The notes under the pieces are model-generated. The model had not been told where the DNA came from. It did no database searches and worked only from the letters and a program-made list of their open reading frames with translations. A program made the translations under genes and the position numbers. A stretch of DNA of 54,324 nucleotides from Nocardioidaceae bacterium. Lineage in GTDB: Bacteria; Actinomycetota; Actinomycetes; Propionibacteriales; Nocardioidaceae. Shown here piece after piece: positions 46,412-54,324 of the stretch (position 1 is the stretch's first letter; each line of letters opens with the position of its first letter). The stretch lies in assembly GCA_033854915.1 (NCBI GenBank), contig JAWWPM010000053.1, forward strand, positions 1-54,324, given 5' to 3'.

Positions 46412-47326
46412 TCAGGTCAAGGTCAGCAGGGTGGCCTCGGGCCGGCAGGCCATCCGGATCGGTGCGTACGGCGACGTGCCGAGGCCCGCGGAGACGTGCA
46501 GCCAGGCCGAGCCTGGCTCACCGGGCGAGGAGTCGGCGGGGTGGCGGTGCAGGCCCTTGACCCGGGCCGGCTCGAGGTCGCAGTTGGTGACCAGCGCGCC
46601 GTACCCCGGCATGGCGACCTGCCCGCCGTGCGTGTGTCCGGCGAAGACCGCGTCGTAGCCGTCCGCGGCGAACTGGTCGAGCACCCGGAGGTACGGCGCG
46701 TGCGTCACGCCCAGGCGGAGATCGGCCGAGCGGTCGGCCGGGCCGGCGACGGCGGCCAGGTCGTCGTACTCCAGGTGCGGGTCGTCGACACCGGCCCATG
46801 CGATCTGGAGGTCGCCCACGACCGAGGAGTCCCGCCGGTTGGTCAGGTCGAGCCAACCGGCCTTGGTCAGCGAGTCCTTGAGGTCCTGCCACGGCAGCTC
46901 GGGGGCGTCGACGTTGCGGGTGCCGTCGTCGGGCAGGAGGTAGCGCAGCGGGTTGCGCAGCGTCGGTGAGAAGTAGTCGTTCGAGCCCAGCACGAACACC
47001 CCGGGCACGTCGAGCAGCGGGCCGAGCGAGTCGAGCACCGAGGGGAGGGCGTCGACGTGCGCGAGGTTGTCACCGGTGTTGACGACGAGGTCCGGCTCCA
47101 GGTCGGCCAGCGAGCGCAACCACTCCTGCTTGCGCGACTGCCCCGGCGTCATGTGGAGGTCGCTCAGGTGCAGCACCCGCAGCGGGTCGCTCCCCGACGG
47201 CAGGACGGGCATGGTGACGCAGCGCAGCGTGTACGCCCGGGCCTCCCACACGGCGTACGCCGTGGTGGCGGCTCCCGTGGCGGCTCCCAGACCGAGGGTG
47301 CGCAGCAGAAACCGGGCGGGGGTCAC
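46412..47326 (-). CDS. Metallophosphoesterase
   Basis: SDLH, TGD, GSND, THAP, GHTHGGQ. Confidence 0.92.
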   Translation of the reverse strand: MTPARFLLRTLGLGAATGAATTAYAVWEARAYTLRCVTMPVLPSGSDPLRVLHLSDLHMTPGQSRKQEWLRSLADLEPDLVVNTGDNLAHVDALPSVLDSLGPLLDVPGVFVLGSNDYFSPTLRNPLRYLLPDDGTRNVDAPELPWQDLKDSLTKAGWLDLTNRRDSSVVGDLQIAWAGVDDPHLEYDDLAAVAGPADRSADLRLGVTHAPYLRVLDQFAADGYDAVFAGHTHGGQVAMPGYGALVTNCDLEPARVKGLHRHPADSSPGEPGSAWLHVSAGLGTSPYAPIRMACRPEATLLTLT

Positions 47327-47352
47327 GCGGCAAGGCTGCCACAATGCGTTGC

Positions 47353-47811
47353 ATGAGTGCTCTCAAGGACCGGCTGCGCAGCGACCTCGTCACCTCGATC
47401 AAGGCCCGCGACGAGCTCCGCTCCTCCACGATCCGCATGGTGCTCTCGGCCATCACCAATGCCGAGGTCGCCGGCAAGGAGGCTCGCGAGCTCAGCGACA
47501 ACGACGTCATCGGCGTGCTGTCCACCGAGGCGAAGAAGCGCCGCGAGGCCGCCACCGCCTTCGCCGACGCCGGCCGCACCGAGCTGTCGGCCAAGGAGAC
47601 CGCCGAGGCGGCCGTGATCGCGGAGTACCTGCCCGAGCAGCTGGGCGAGGCCGAGATCGCCCAGCTCGTGACCACGGCGATCGCGCAGACCGGCGCGGCC
47701 GGCGAGGGCATGCGCGCCATGGGCAAGGTGATGGGCGTGGTCTCGCCGCAGGTCAAGGGTCGCGCCGACGGCGGCGCGGTGGCCGCGGAGGTACGCCGAC
47801 AGCTGGGCTAG
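47353..47811 (+). CDS. GatB/YqeY domain protein
   Basis: KKRREA, YLPEQL, MGKVMG, GRADG. Confidence 0.92.
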   Translation: MSALKDRLRSDLVTSIKARDELRSSTIRMVLSAITNAEVAGKEARELSDNDVIGVLSTEAKKRREAATAFADAGRTELSAKETAEAAVIAEYLPEQLGEAEIAQLVTTAIAQTGAAGEGMRAMGKVMGVVSPQVKGRADGGAVAAEVRRQLG

Positions 47812-50168
47812 TGGCCGTGCGGGTTGCCGTGCCCGTGGCCGTTGCCCGGGCCCGGGTTGCCACCGCCGCCGTTGGGCGGCTTCGGCGGGACGTACGGCGT
47901 GCCGTCGGAGCGGTAGATCGTGATCGGCGTCCCGCTGGCGACCTGGGTGCCGGCACCGGGGCTGGTGTAGGCGACCGTGTCGACGGCGTAGCCCGAGCTG
48001 CGGTAGCCGCCGTCACTGACCTGGAAGCCGGCCTGCTTCAGCTGGCTCGCCGCCTGGGCGTACGGCATGCCCGTGACGTCGGGCACGGTGGTCTGGATGC
48101 CGCTGATGTCCTGGCCGTTCGGGGGCGTGAAGGTCGCGTCGGGCAGCCAGTTCTGGATCTTGCTCATCGCGTCGTACCACATCGGGCCGGCCGTGGTGGA
48201 GCCGTGGGCCACGTCGGTGAACACCCCGCCGATGGTCTGGCCGTTCAGGGTGATCCAGTGTCCCTGGCTGTTCGCGCCGGCGATCATCGAGGCGGTGGCG
48301 AGGTTGGGCGTGTAGCCCATGAACCACACCGACATGTTGTTGTCGTTGGTGCCGGTCTTGGCCGCCGACTCCTGGCCGAGGATCAGGTTGGCGCCGAAGC
48401 CGGTCGGTGACATGACGCCGCGCAGCACGTCGTTGACGGCGTCGGCGACCGGTGCCGCGATCACCTGCTGGCACTGCGTGGGGTAGGCCTTGAGCTGGTG
48501 CCCGTTGGAGTCGTCGATCGACACCACCGGGCGGGCGTCGCAGTGCAGGCCGCGCGCGGCGAAGGTGGCGTAGGCGCCGGCCAGCTCGAGCGGGCTGACC
48601 GAGGCGACACCGAGGGTGAACGACGGGACCATCTCGGTGGGCGGGTCGTTGAGGGTGATGCCCATCTTCTTGGCGAGGTGATAGGGCGTGCACAGGCCGG
48701 TCTGGAGCTCGAGCTTGGCGAAGAAGGTGTTCACCGACTCCTGGGTGCCGGTGTAGGCGTCCATCGTCCCGGAGATGGTGGAGCTGTGGACCTGCCAGGT
48801 GTCGGTGCTGGCGAACTGCTTGCCGCCGCACACCCGGAACTGGTTCATCGGGATGTTCTCGGCCATCGGCGAGTCGATCGTCTCGCTGAGCGGGATGCCT
48901 TCCTTGATCGCCGCAGCAAGCACGAACGCCTTGAACGTCGAGCCCGGCTGGAAGCCGGCGGAGTCGCCGTACTTCTGCGGGACGACGTAGTTGAGGAAGG
49001 TCTGCCCGTTCTTGGCGTCGCGGCCCATGGGTCGCGACTGGGAGAGGGCCTTCACGTCACCGGTGCCGGGCTGGACCATCGCCAGGGCGCCGATCGCCTG
49101 GTTGGTCGGGTAGACGTGCCTGCTGACCGAGTCGTCGGCGGCGCGCTGGTCGCGCAGGCTGATCGTGGTGTGGATGGTCAGGCCGCCGGTGTAGAGCAGC
49201 TTCTTGCGCGCGGCCGGGGTCTTGCCGAGGGCCGGGTCGTGCTCGAGGTAGTTCACGACGTAGTCGCAGAAGAACGGCGCGCTGGAGTTCACGCAGCCGT
49301 TGGGGGTCTGCACGGGGTGGAGCCCGAGGGGCAGCTTCTTGTTCTTGTCGGCCTGGTGCTGGGAGATCACGTGGAGCTGGGCCATCCGGTCGAGCACGAC
49401 GTTGCGGCGCTGGATGCCGCGGTCGGGGTTGGTGATCGGGTCGTAGCCGGTGGGGTTCTTCACCAGACCGGCCAGCGTCGCCCCCTGCACCAGGGTGAGG
49501 TCCTTGGCGTTGGTGCCGAAGTAGTGCCGGGCCGCCGCCTGCACGCCGTACGCCCCGTCGCCGTAGTAGGCGATGTTGAGGTAGCGCTCGAGGATCCAGT
49601 CCTTGGAGTAGTGCTGCTCGAAGGCGATCGCGTAGCGCAGCTCGGTGAGCTTGCGGGCGTAGGTGTCGGCGGTGGCGGCCTTGCGCTCCTTGGCGGTCTT
49701 CGCCTGGTTGAGCAGCGTCATCTTCACCATCTGCTGGGTGATCGACGAGCCGCCCTGCACGGTGCCGTTGCTGGCCTGGTTGGTGACCAGCGCGCGCAGG
49801 GTGCCCTTCAGATCGAGGGCGCCGTGCTGGTAGAAGCGGTAGTCCTCGATCGCGACGATCGCCTTGGTCATCTTCCGCGAGATCTGGCTCAGCGGGACGT
49901 TGATGCGGTTCTGGTCGTAGAGGCTGGCGATGGTGTTGCCCGCGCCGTCGACGATCGTGGTCTGCTGGGCCAGCGGGTCGGCCTCGAGCTTGGCCGGCAG
50001 GTTGTCCACGGTGTGCGACAACGACTTCGCCCCGATGCCGAGCACGCCGGCGAACGGGATCGCCAGGCCGGCCACGACGACCCCCATCACGGCCGCCACA
50101 ACCGCCATCACGGCCAGATGAGAGGCGACGCGGGAGGCGGGAAGTCGCTCTCCGGGGGGCACTGACAT
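47808..50168 (-). CDS. ponA: Class A penicillin-binding protein with PASTA domain (PonA2-like)
   Basis: EDYRFYQH, GGSSITQQ, STFK, SVN, KTG, C-terminal VPDVTG. Confidence 0.93.
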   Translation of the reverse strand: MSVPPGERLPASRVASHLAVMAVVAAVMGVVVAGLAIPFAGVLGIGAKSLSHTVDNLPAKLEADPLAQQTTIVDGAGNTIASLYDQNRINVPLSQISRKMTKAIVAIEDYRFYQHGALDLKGTLRALVTNQASNGTVQGGSSITQQMVKMTLLNQAKTAKERKAATADTYARKLTELRYAIAFEQHYSKDWILERYLNIAYYGDGAYGVQAAARHYFGTNAKDLTLVQGATLAGLVKNPTGYDPITNPDRGIQRRNVVLDRMAQLHVISQHQADKNKKLPLGLHPVQTPNGCVNSSAPFFCDYVVNYLEHDPALGKTPAARKKLLYTGGLTIHTTISLRDQRAADDSVSRHVYPTNQAIGALAMVQPGTGDVKALSQSRPMGRDAKNGQTFLNYVVPQKYGDSAGFQPGSTFKAFVLAAAIKEGIPLSETIDSPMAENIPMNQFRVCGGKQFASTDTWQVHSSTISGTMDAYTGTQESVNTFFAKLELQTGLCTPYHLAKKMGITLNDPPTEMVPSFTLGVASVSPLELAGAYATFAARGLHCDARPVVSIDDSNGHQLKAYPTQCQQVIAAPVADAVNDVLRGVMSPTGFGANLILGQESAAKTGTNDNNMSVWFMGYTPNLATASMIAGANSQGHWITLNGQTIGGVFTDVAHGSTTAGPMWYDAMSKIQNWLPDATFTPPNGQDISGIQTTVPDVTGMPYAQAASQLKQAGFQVSDGGYRSSGYAVDTVAYTSPGAGTQVASGTPITIYRSDGTPYVPPKPPNGGGGNPGPGNGHGHGNPHGH

Positions 50169-50368
50169 GGGGTCCAGAGTACGTGACGGCTACGAACACT
50201 GCGCATTTCCGGCCCCCTCGGACTAGTCCTTAGGGACTAGGGGAGTCAACCCGGATGAGTCTCCCGCGGGTGGCGGGGGTTCTTTACGTTAGAACACAGA
50301 CTGAGGCACTCGGAAACGGGTGGCGTCATGGGGACGCTTCTCAGCATGGCGACTGTGGGGAAGCCAAA

Positions 50369-50656
50369 ATGTGGAATCAAGACTGGGCAAGCCAGGCCGC
50401 GTGCCAGGCATCATCGCCCGACAAGCTGTTCGTCCGCGGTGCGGAGCAGAACAAGGCCAAGCAGGTTTGCGGTGCGTGCCCTGTACGCACCGAGTGCCTC
50501 GCCGAGGCTCTCGACAACCAGATCGAGTGGGGCGTCTGGGGCGGGATGACCGAACGCGAACGCCGAGCCCTGCTGCGCCGTCGTCCGAACGCATCGTGGC
50601 GGGTCGTTCTCGAGAGTGCCCGCGAACAGCACGCCGGTGTGGTCATCAGCGCCTGA
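50369..50656 (+). CDS. whiB4: WhiB-family Fe-S regulator (WhiB4/WblA)
   Basis: 4 Cys, LFVRGAEQ, GVWGG; ponA-whiB-arsA synteny. Confidence 0.9.
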   Translation: MWNQDWASQAACQASSPDKLFVRGAEQNKAKQVCGACPVRTECLAEALDNQIEWGVWGGMTERERRALLRRRPNASWRVVLESAREQHAGVVISA

Positions 50657-50696
50657 GCCGCGCTGACGAAGACACCGGCACGCACGGAGAACACCG

Positions 50697-51896
50697 TCAG
50701 GTCGGCCGCTCGCCCGCCAGCAGCGTGCCGACCTGACGGAGTCCGTCCAGGTCGTGCACGTCGCCGGCAAGTGCCGGGATCACGGCCGTGGGCACCTGTG
50801 GATGCGCCGCGCCGAAACGGCCACGAAGCATCGCCTCGCGCTCGGTGAGACGCAGCCGGTCGGCGTGCAGCCGCAGCAGCCCGGAGGTCAGTGACTCCGG
50901 GTCCTGCTTGCGCAGCCGCTGCGCCGCCGCCATCGCCTCCTCGGCCGACACCGTCCCCAGCGGCTCCGGGCTCGCCCTGTTGACGACCAGGCCGGCCAGT
51001 GGCATGTCGTCCTCGCTGAGCCGTTCGACGAAGTACGCCGCCTCGCGCAGCGCATCCGGCTCCGGCGCCGCCACGACGAGGAACGCCGTACCGTCGGCCT
51101 GCAGGAGCTCGAACGTCTTCTGGGCGCGCTGCCGGAAGCCGCCGAAGAGCGTGTCGAACGCGGCCACGAAGGTCTGCATGTCGCGCAGCACCTGCGCGCC
51201 GAGCACCTTGGTCAGTGCGTTGGTCACGATGGTGAGGCCCGCGGTCATCAGCCGGGCCGGGCCCCTGGCCGGTGCCAGCAGCAGCTTGATGAACCGGCCG
51301 TCGAGGAAGCTCGACAGGCGTTCCGGAGCGTCGAGGAAGTCCAGGGCCGAACGCGACGGTGGGGTGTCGACGACGATCAGGTCGTAGGTGCCATCACGCT
51401 GGGCGTCGGCGTGGATCTGGCCGAGCTTCTCCATCGCCATGTACTCCTGGGTGCCGGCGAACGAGCTCGACAGCGCGATGTAGAAGGGGTTCTCCAGGAT
51501 CTGCTTCGCCTTCTCCGGGCTGGCCTGCCCTTCGACCACCTCGTCGAAGGTCCGCTTCATGTCCAGCATCATCGCGTCGAGCGCCCCGCCGTCGGGACCG
51601 CCGACGCCCGGCACCGGTCGCGGCGTGTTGTCGAGCGCCTCGATCCCCATCGACTGGGCGAGCCGTCGCGCGGGGTCGATGGTCAGCACCACCACCCGGC
51701 GTCCCCGCTCGGCGGCGCGCAGCGCGAGCGCTGCCGACGTGGTGGTCTTGCCGACGCCACCCGAGCCGCAGCACACGATGATGCCGGTACGCCGGTCGTC
51801 GAGCAGGGCGTCGACGTCGAGGTGACGGCCGCCGGTGACGGTCTGCGGACCGACCCGGGTGCGGCTCCGGCTGGGTTGTCGCTGCTGTGTGGTCAT
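50697..51896 (-). CDS. ArsA/GET3-family ATPase
   Basis: GSGGVGKTT, DPARRLA, DTPP. Confidence 0.92.
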   Translation of the reverse strand: MTTQQRQPSRSRTRVGPQTVTGGRHLDVDALLDDRRTGIIVCCGSGGVGKTTTSAALALRAAERGRRVVVLTIDPARRLAQSMGIEALDNTPRPVPGVGGPDGGALDAMMLDMKRTFDEVVEGQASPEKAKQILENPFYIALSSSFAGTQEYMAMEKLGQIHADAQRDGTYDLIVVDTPPSRSALDFLDAPERLSSFLDGRFIKLLLAPARGPARLMTAGLTIVTNALTKVLGAQVLRDMQTFVAAFDTLFGGFRQRAQKTFELLQADGTAFLVVAAPEPDALREAAYFVERLSEDDMPLAGLVVNRASPEPLGTVSAEEAMAAAQRLRKQDPESLTSGLLRLHADRLRLTEREAMLRGRFGAAHPQVPTAVIPALAGDVHDLDGLRQVGTLLAGERPT

Positions 51897-51903
51897 GCGG
51901 TGG

Positions 51904-52911
51904 TCACGCCATCCCCTGGTCGCGCAGGAGCCGGGCCAGGTCGTAGAGCCCGCCCAGGTCGATGCCACCCACGAGCCGGGGCAGCTCGTAGGTCGGCACG
52001 TCGAGCCGCTCGACGACCGCGCGTTGGCTGTCCTCGAGCGCCCGCCGTTCGGCGTGGTCGCGGCCCTCGGCGAGCAGTCCGTCGACGAGCGTGCCGGTGC
52101 CGCGGAGCCCGGCGATGGACAGCTCCGCGGCCACGCGCTTCTTGGTCACCTTGCCGGCGCGCAGGGCGGTCAGGTCGTCCTCGTCGAGGTCACGCGGGCG
52201 CACCTGGTTCACCACGATCCCGCCGACAGGAATTCGCTGCTTCTTCAGGTCGGCGATGCCGTCGGCGGTCTCCTGCACCGGCATCTCTTCCAGCACGGTG
52301 ACCAGGTGGCAGACCGTGCGGGGGGACCGGAACAACGACGTGATGGCGTCCGCCTGGCTCTTGATCGGTCCCATCCGGGCGAGTCCGGCGAGCTCGTTGT
52401 TGACCCCGAGGAACTGCGCGATCCGCCCGGTCGGCGGCGCGTCGAGCACCACCGCGTCATAGGTGACCGCGTTCTTCTTACGGGCGTTCCGGATGGTCGC
52501 CTCGTAGACCTTGCCGGTCAGCAGCACGTCGCGGACGCCCGGCGCGATGGTGGTGGCGAACTCGACGACGCCGAAGCGGTCGAGGGCCTTCCCAGCCCGG
52601 CCGAGCTTGTAGTACATGGCGAGGTACTCCAGCAGCGCCGACTCGGGGTCGATGTGCAGGGCGTGGACGACACCGCCGCGCTCGCCCTGGGGGCCGACCA
52701 GCCCGGTGGCGACGCGGCGCTCGGCGTACGGCAGCGGCTCGACGTCGAACATCCGGGCGATGCCCTGCCGGCCCTCCACCTCGCACAGCAGCACGTTGCG
52801 ACCGGTCGACGCGAGGGCCAGGGCCAGGGCGGCGGCCACCGTGGACTTCCCGGTGCCGCCCTTGCCGGTGACGATGTGCAGGCGCACCTTCGAGAAGTCG
52901 GGGGTCGCCAC
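51904..52911 (-). CDS. ArsA-related P-loop ATPase
   Basis: GKGGTGKST, DAPPTGR. Confidence 0.92.
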   Translation of the reverse strand: MATPDFSKVRLHIVTGKGGTGKSTVAAALALALASTGRNVLLCEVEGRQGIARMFDVEPLPYAERRVATGLVGPQGERGGVVHALHIDPESALLEYLAMYYKLGRAGKALDRFGVVEFATTIAPGVRDVLLTGKVYEATIRNARKKNAVTYDAVVLDAPPTGRIAQFLGVNNELAGLARMGPIKSQADAITSLFRSPRTVCHLVTVLEEMPVQETADGIADLKKQRIPVGGIVVNQVRPRDLDEDDLTALRAGKVTKKRVAAELSIAGLRGTGTLVDGLLAEGRDHAERRALEDSQRAVVERLDVPTYELPRLVGGIDLGGLYDLARLLRDQGMA

Positions 52912-52994
52912 GGGATGAGCGTAATGGTGAAGCCTTGCCGGACTTCCGTCCGACCGGGGGTCGACGGCGCTACCGTCTTCCGGGGGGAAGCACG

Positions 52995-53996
52995 ATGGAC
53001 TGGACCAGGCTCGACGTCGCCGGACGTGTCACTGCGCTGCGCGGTGACGCCTGCGCGGGAGTCACCGCGGACGGCACCACCTTCGTCGCCCTGCTCGCAG
53101 TCCCCGACCCCGGGGCGACTCTCGTCGAGCCGATCCTGCTCGACTCCTTCGGAGTCGTCGCTGTCTCCGGGGGCGACACCCCCTGGCTGACCGGTCGCGG
53201 CGTCGACGGCCACATGCACCTGTGGCAGGTGGCCGCGCCGCACGTGCTGAGCGAACGCTCCCTCGAGACGATGGGTGCCGCCTGGGCCGCGCCGGCCCTC
53301 GACGGCCGCGCGACGGGGGTGCTGGTCGCCCTGTTCGACCACGGTGGCTGGCGCCTGCAGGCTCGTGGGCTCTCCGACGGTGCGAACGACGGTGAGCCGC
53401 GCGGGCGGGCCCTGCGACTGGGTGGCCCGCCGGACGCGACCCTGTCGTTCGGCTTCCACGCCGACGGTGCGATCACCGTGGCCGGCGCCCTCGGTGACGC
53501 GGAGGACCCGCCGGCGGCGGCCTGGCTGGTCGACACCGCGGCGGACGCCTGGCCGAAGGAGACTGCGGACTGGCGACGGGTGCACCTCTCGCCCGCGCCC
53601 AGCGAGCTTTCGTCGGTCGGCGTCTCGGCCGGGGGACGTCGCACGTGGCTGGCGGGCCGAGTGGACTCCAAGCCGGTCGTCTACGAGATCCTGTCGCTGC
53701 CGTTCCGCGGGCTCGTCCGCACCACCACGCTCACCCTGCCCGTGCTGACCCTGTCCGAGTCGGCGGTCGACGGCCCCGGACGCCCGGTGGTGCTCGTGGA
53801 CGCGACCGAGGGTGACCAGCCGGTGTTCCTGGTCGCCACGGCCGGCGGCAACCGGCTCTGCTGGAACCACGACGGCACCTGGAAGGCCCATCCCGCCCCC
53901 GACGGCCGGCTGCACGCCGCCGCCTGCGCGGGGGGCCGGATCCATGCCCTGATCGATGCCTCCGCCTGGTCGCTGCCCGACCCGACGGGCAGCTGA
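52995..53996 (+). CDS. Hypothetical protein, Trp-rich and beta-strand-rich
   Basis: 333-aa ORF with gene-like codon usage filling the intergenic space. Confidence 0.65.
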   Translation: MDWTRLDVAGRVTALRGDACAGVTADGTTFVALLAVPDPGATLVEPILLDSFGVVAVSGGDTPWLTGRGVDGHMHLWQVAAPHVLSERSLETMGAAWAAPALDGRATGVLVALFDHGGWRLQARGLSDGANDGEPRGRALRLGGPPDATLSFGFHADGAITVAGALGDAEDPPAAAWLVDTAADAWPKETADWRRVHLSPAPSELSSVGVSAGGRRTWLAGRVDSKPVVYEILSLPFRGLVRTTTLTLPVLTLSESAVDGPGRPVVLVDATEGDQPVFLVATAGGNRLCWNHDGTWKAHPAPDGRLHAAACAGGRIHALIDASAWSLPDPTGS

Positions 53997-54059
53997 CCGC
54001 CTGCCCCCACGCCGTACTCCGGGCAGCGGTGGCAGGATCAGCCGTGAGGAGGTACGTGG

Positions 54060-54324
54060 ATGGACAAGGTCGTGGAGAGTGCGGGCGCCGCGGTGGCCGA
54101 CGTTCCGGACGGCTCGACGCTCGCGGTCGGCGGTTTCGGGCTGTGCGGAGTGCCGTCGGTGCTCATCGATGCGCTGCTCGAGGCCGGGGTGGGTGATCTC
54201 GAGGCGGTGTCGAACAACTGCGGCGTCGACGAGTGGGGGCTGGGTCGGCTGCTGATGGCCAAGCGGCTGCGGCGGATGATCTCCTCCTACGTCGGGGAGA
54301 ACAAGGAGTTCGCGCGGCAGTACC
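54060..54324 (+). CDS. scoA: CoA-transferase subunit A (partial)
   Basis: [22 protein letters not shown]; RBS gaggagg. Confidence 0.92.
   Translation, partial: MDKVVESAGAAVADVPDGSTLAVGGFGLCGVPSVLIDALLEAGVGDLEAVSNNCGVDEWGLGRLLMAKRLRRMISSYVGENKEFARQY

Overview
High-GC actinobacterial chromosome segment. Gene content and order suggest Nocardioides or a relative; this is inferred, not searched. Left half: crotonase (interrupted by an in-frame TGA), a MoxR/CoxD-CoxE pair, then a type VII secretion (ESX-like) region in two parts. Part one is two tandem paralogous three-gene cassettes (3253-8413), each encoding a WxG helical protein, an EspG-like protein and an alpha/beta-hydrolase with an ~100-aa N-terminal helical domain ending in Y/FxxxD; one hydrolase keeps its catalytic triad and the other has lost it. 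Part two is the apparatus locus (14171-26987): eccC divergent from an eccD-like gene, two esx genes, an EspC/EspB-like pair, eccD, eccB and mycP, with no eccA or eccE in the window. A GTTT-N15-GGGTAG motif (SigF/SigB type) precedes both a cassette and the esx pair. Middle: an organosulfur monooxygenase + ABC importer (the ATPase is interrupted by an in-frame TAG), tRNA-Ser(GGA), SRP RNA, and four genes between ffs and dnaX (SAMHD1-like HD hydrolase, stand-alone cNMP domain, transporter-HEAT fusion, antiporter). Right half: core genes dnaX-ybaB-recR-DUF5063-ask-asd, CDF transporter, VOC protein, tRNA-Pro(CGG), metallophosphoesterase, YqeY, PBP1A, WhiB4, an ArsA pair and partial scoA. All family calls come from motif recognition by eye; no searches were run.
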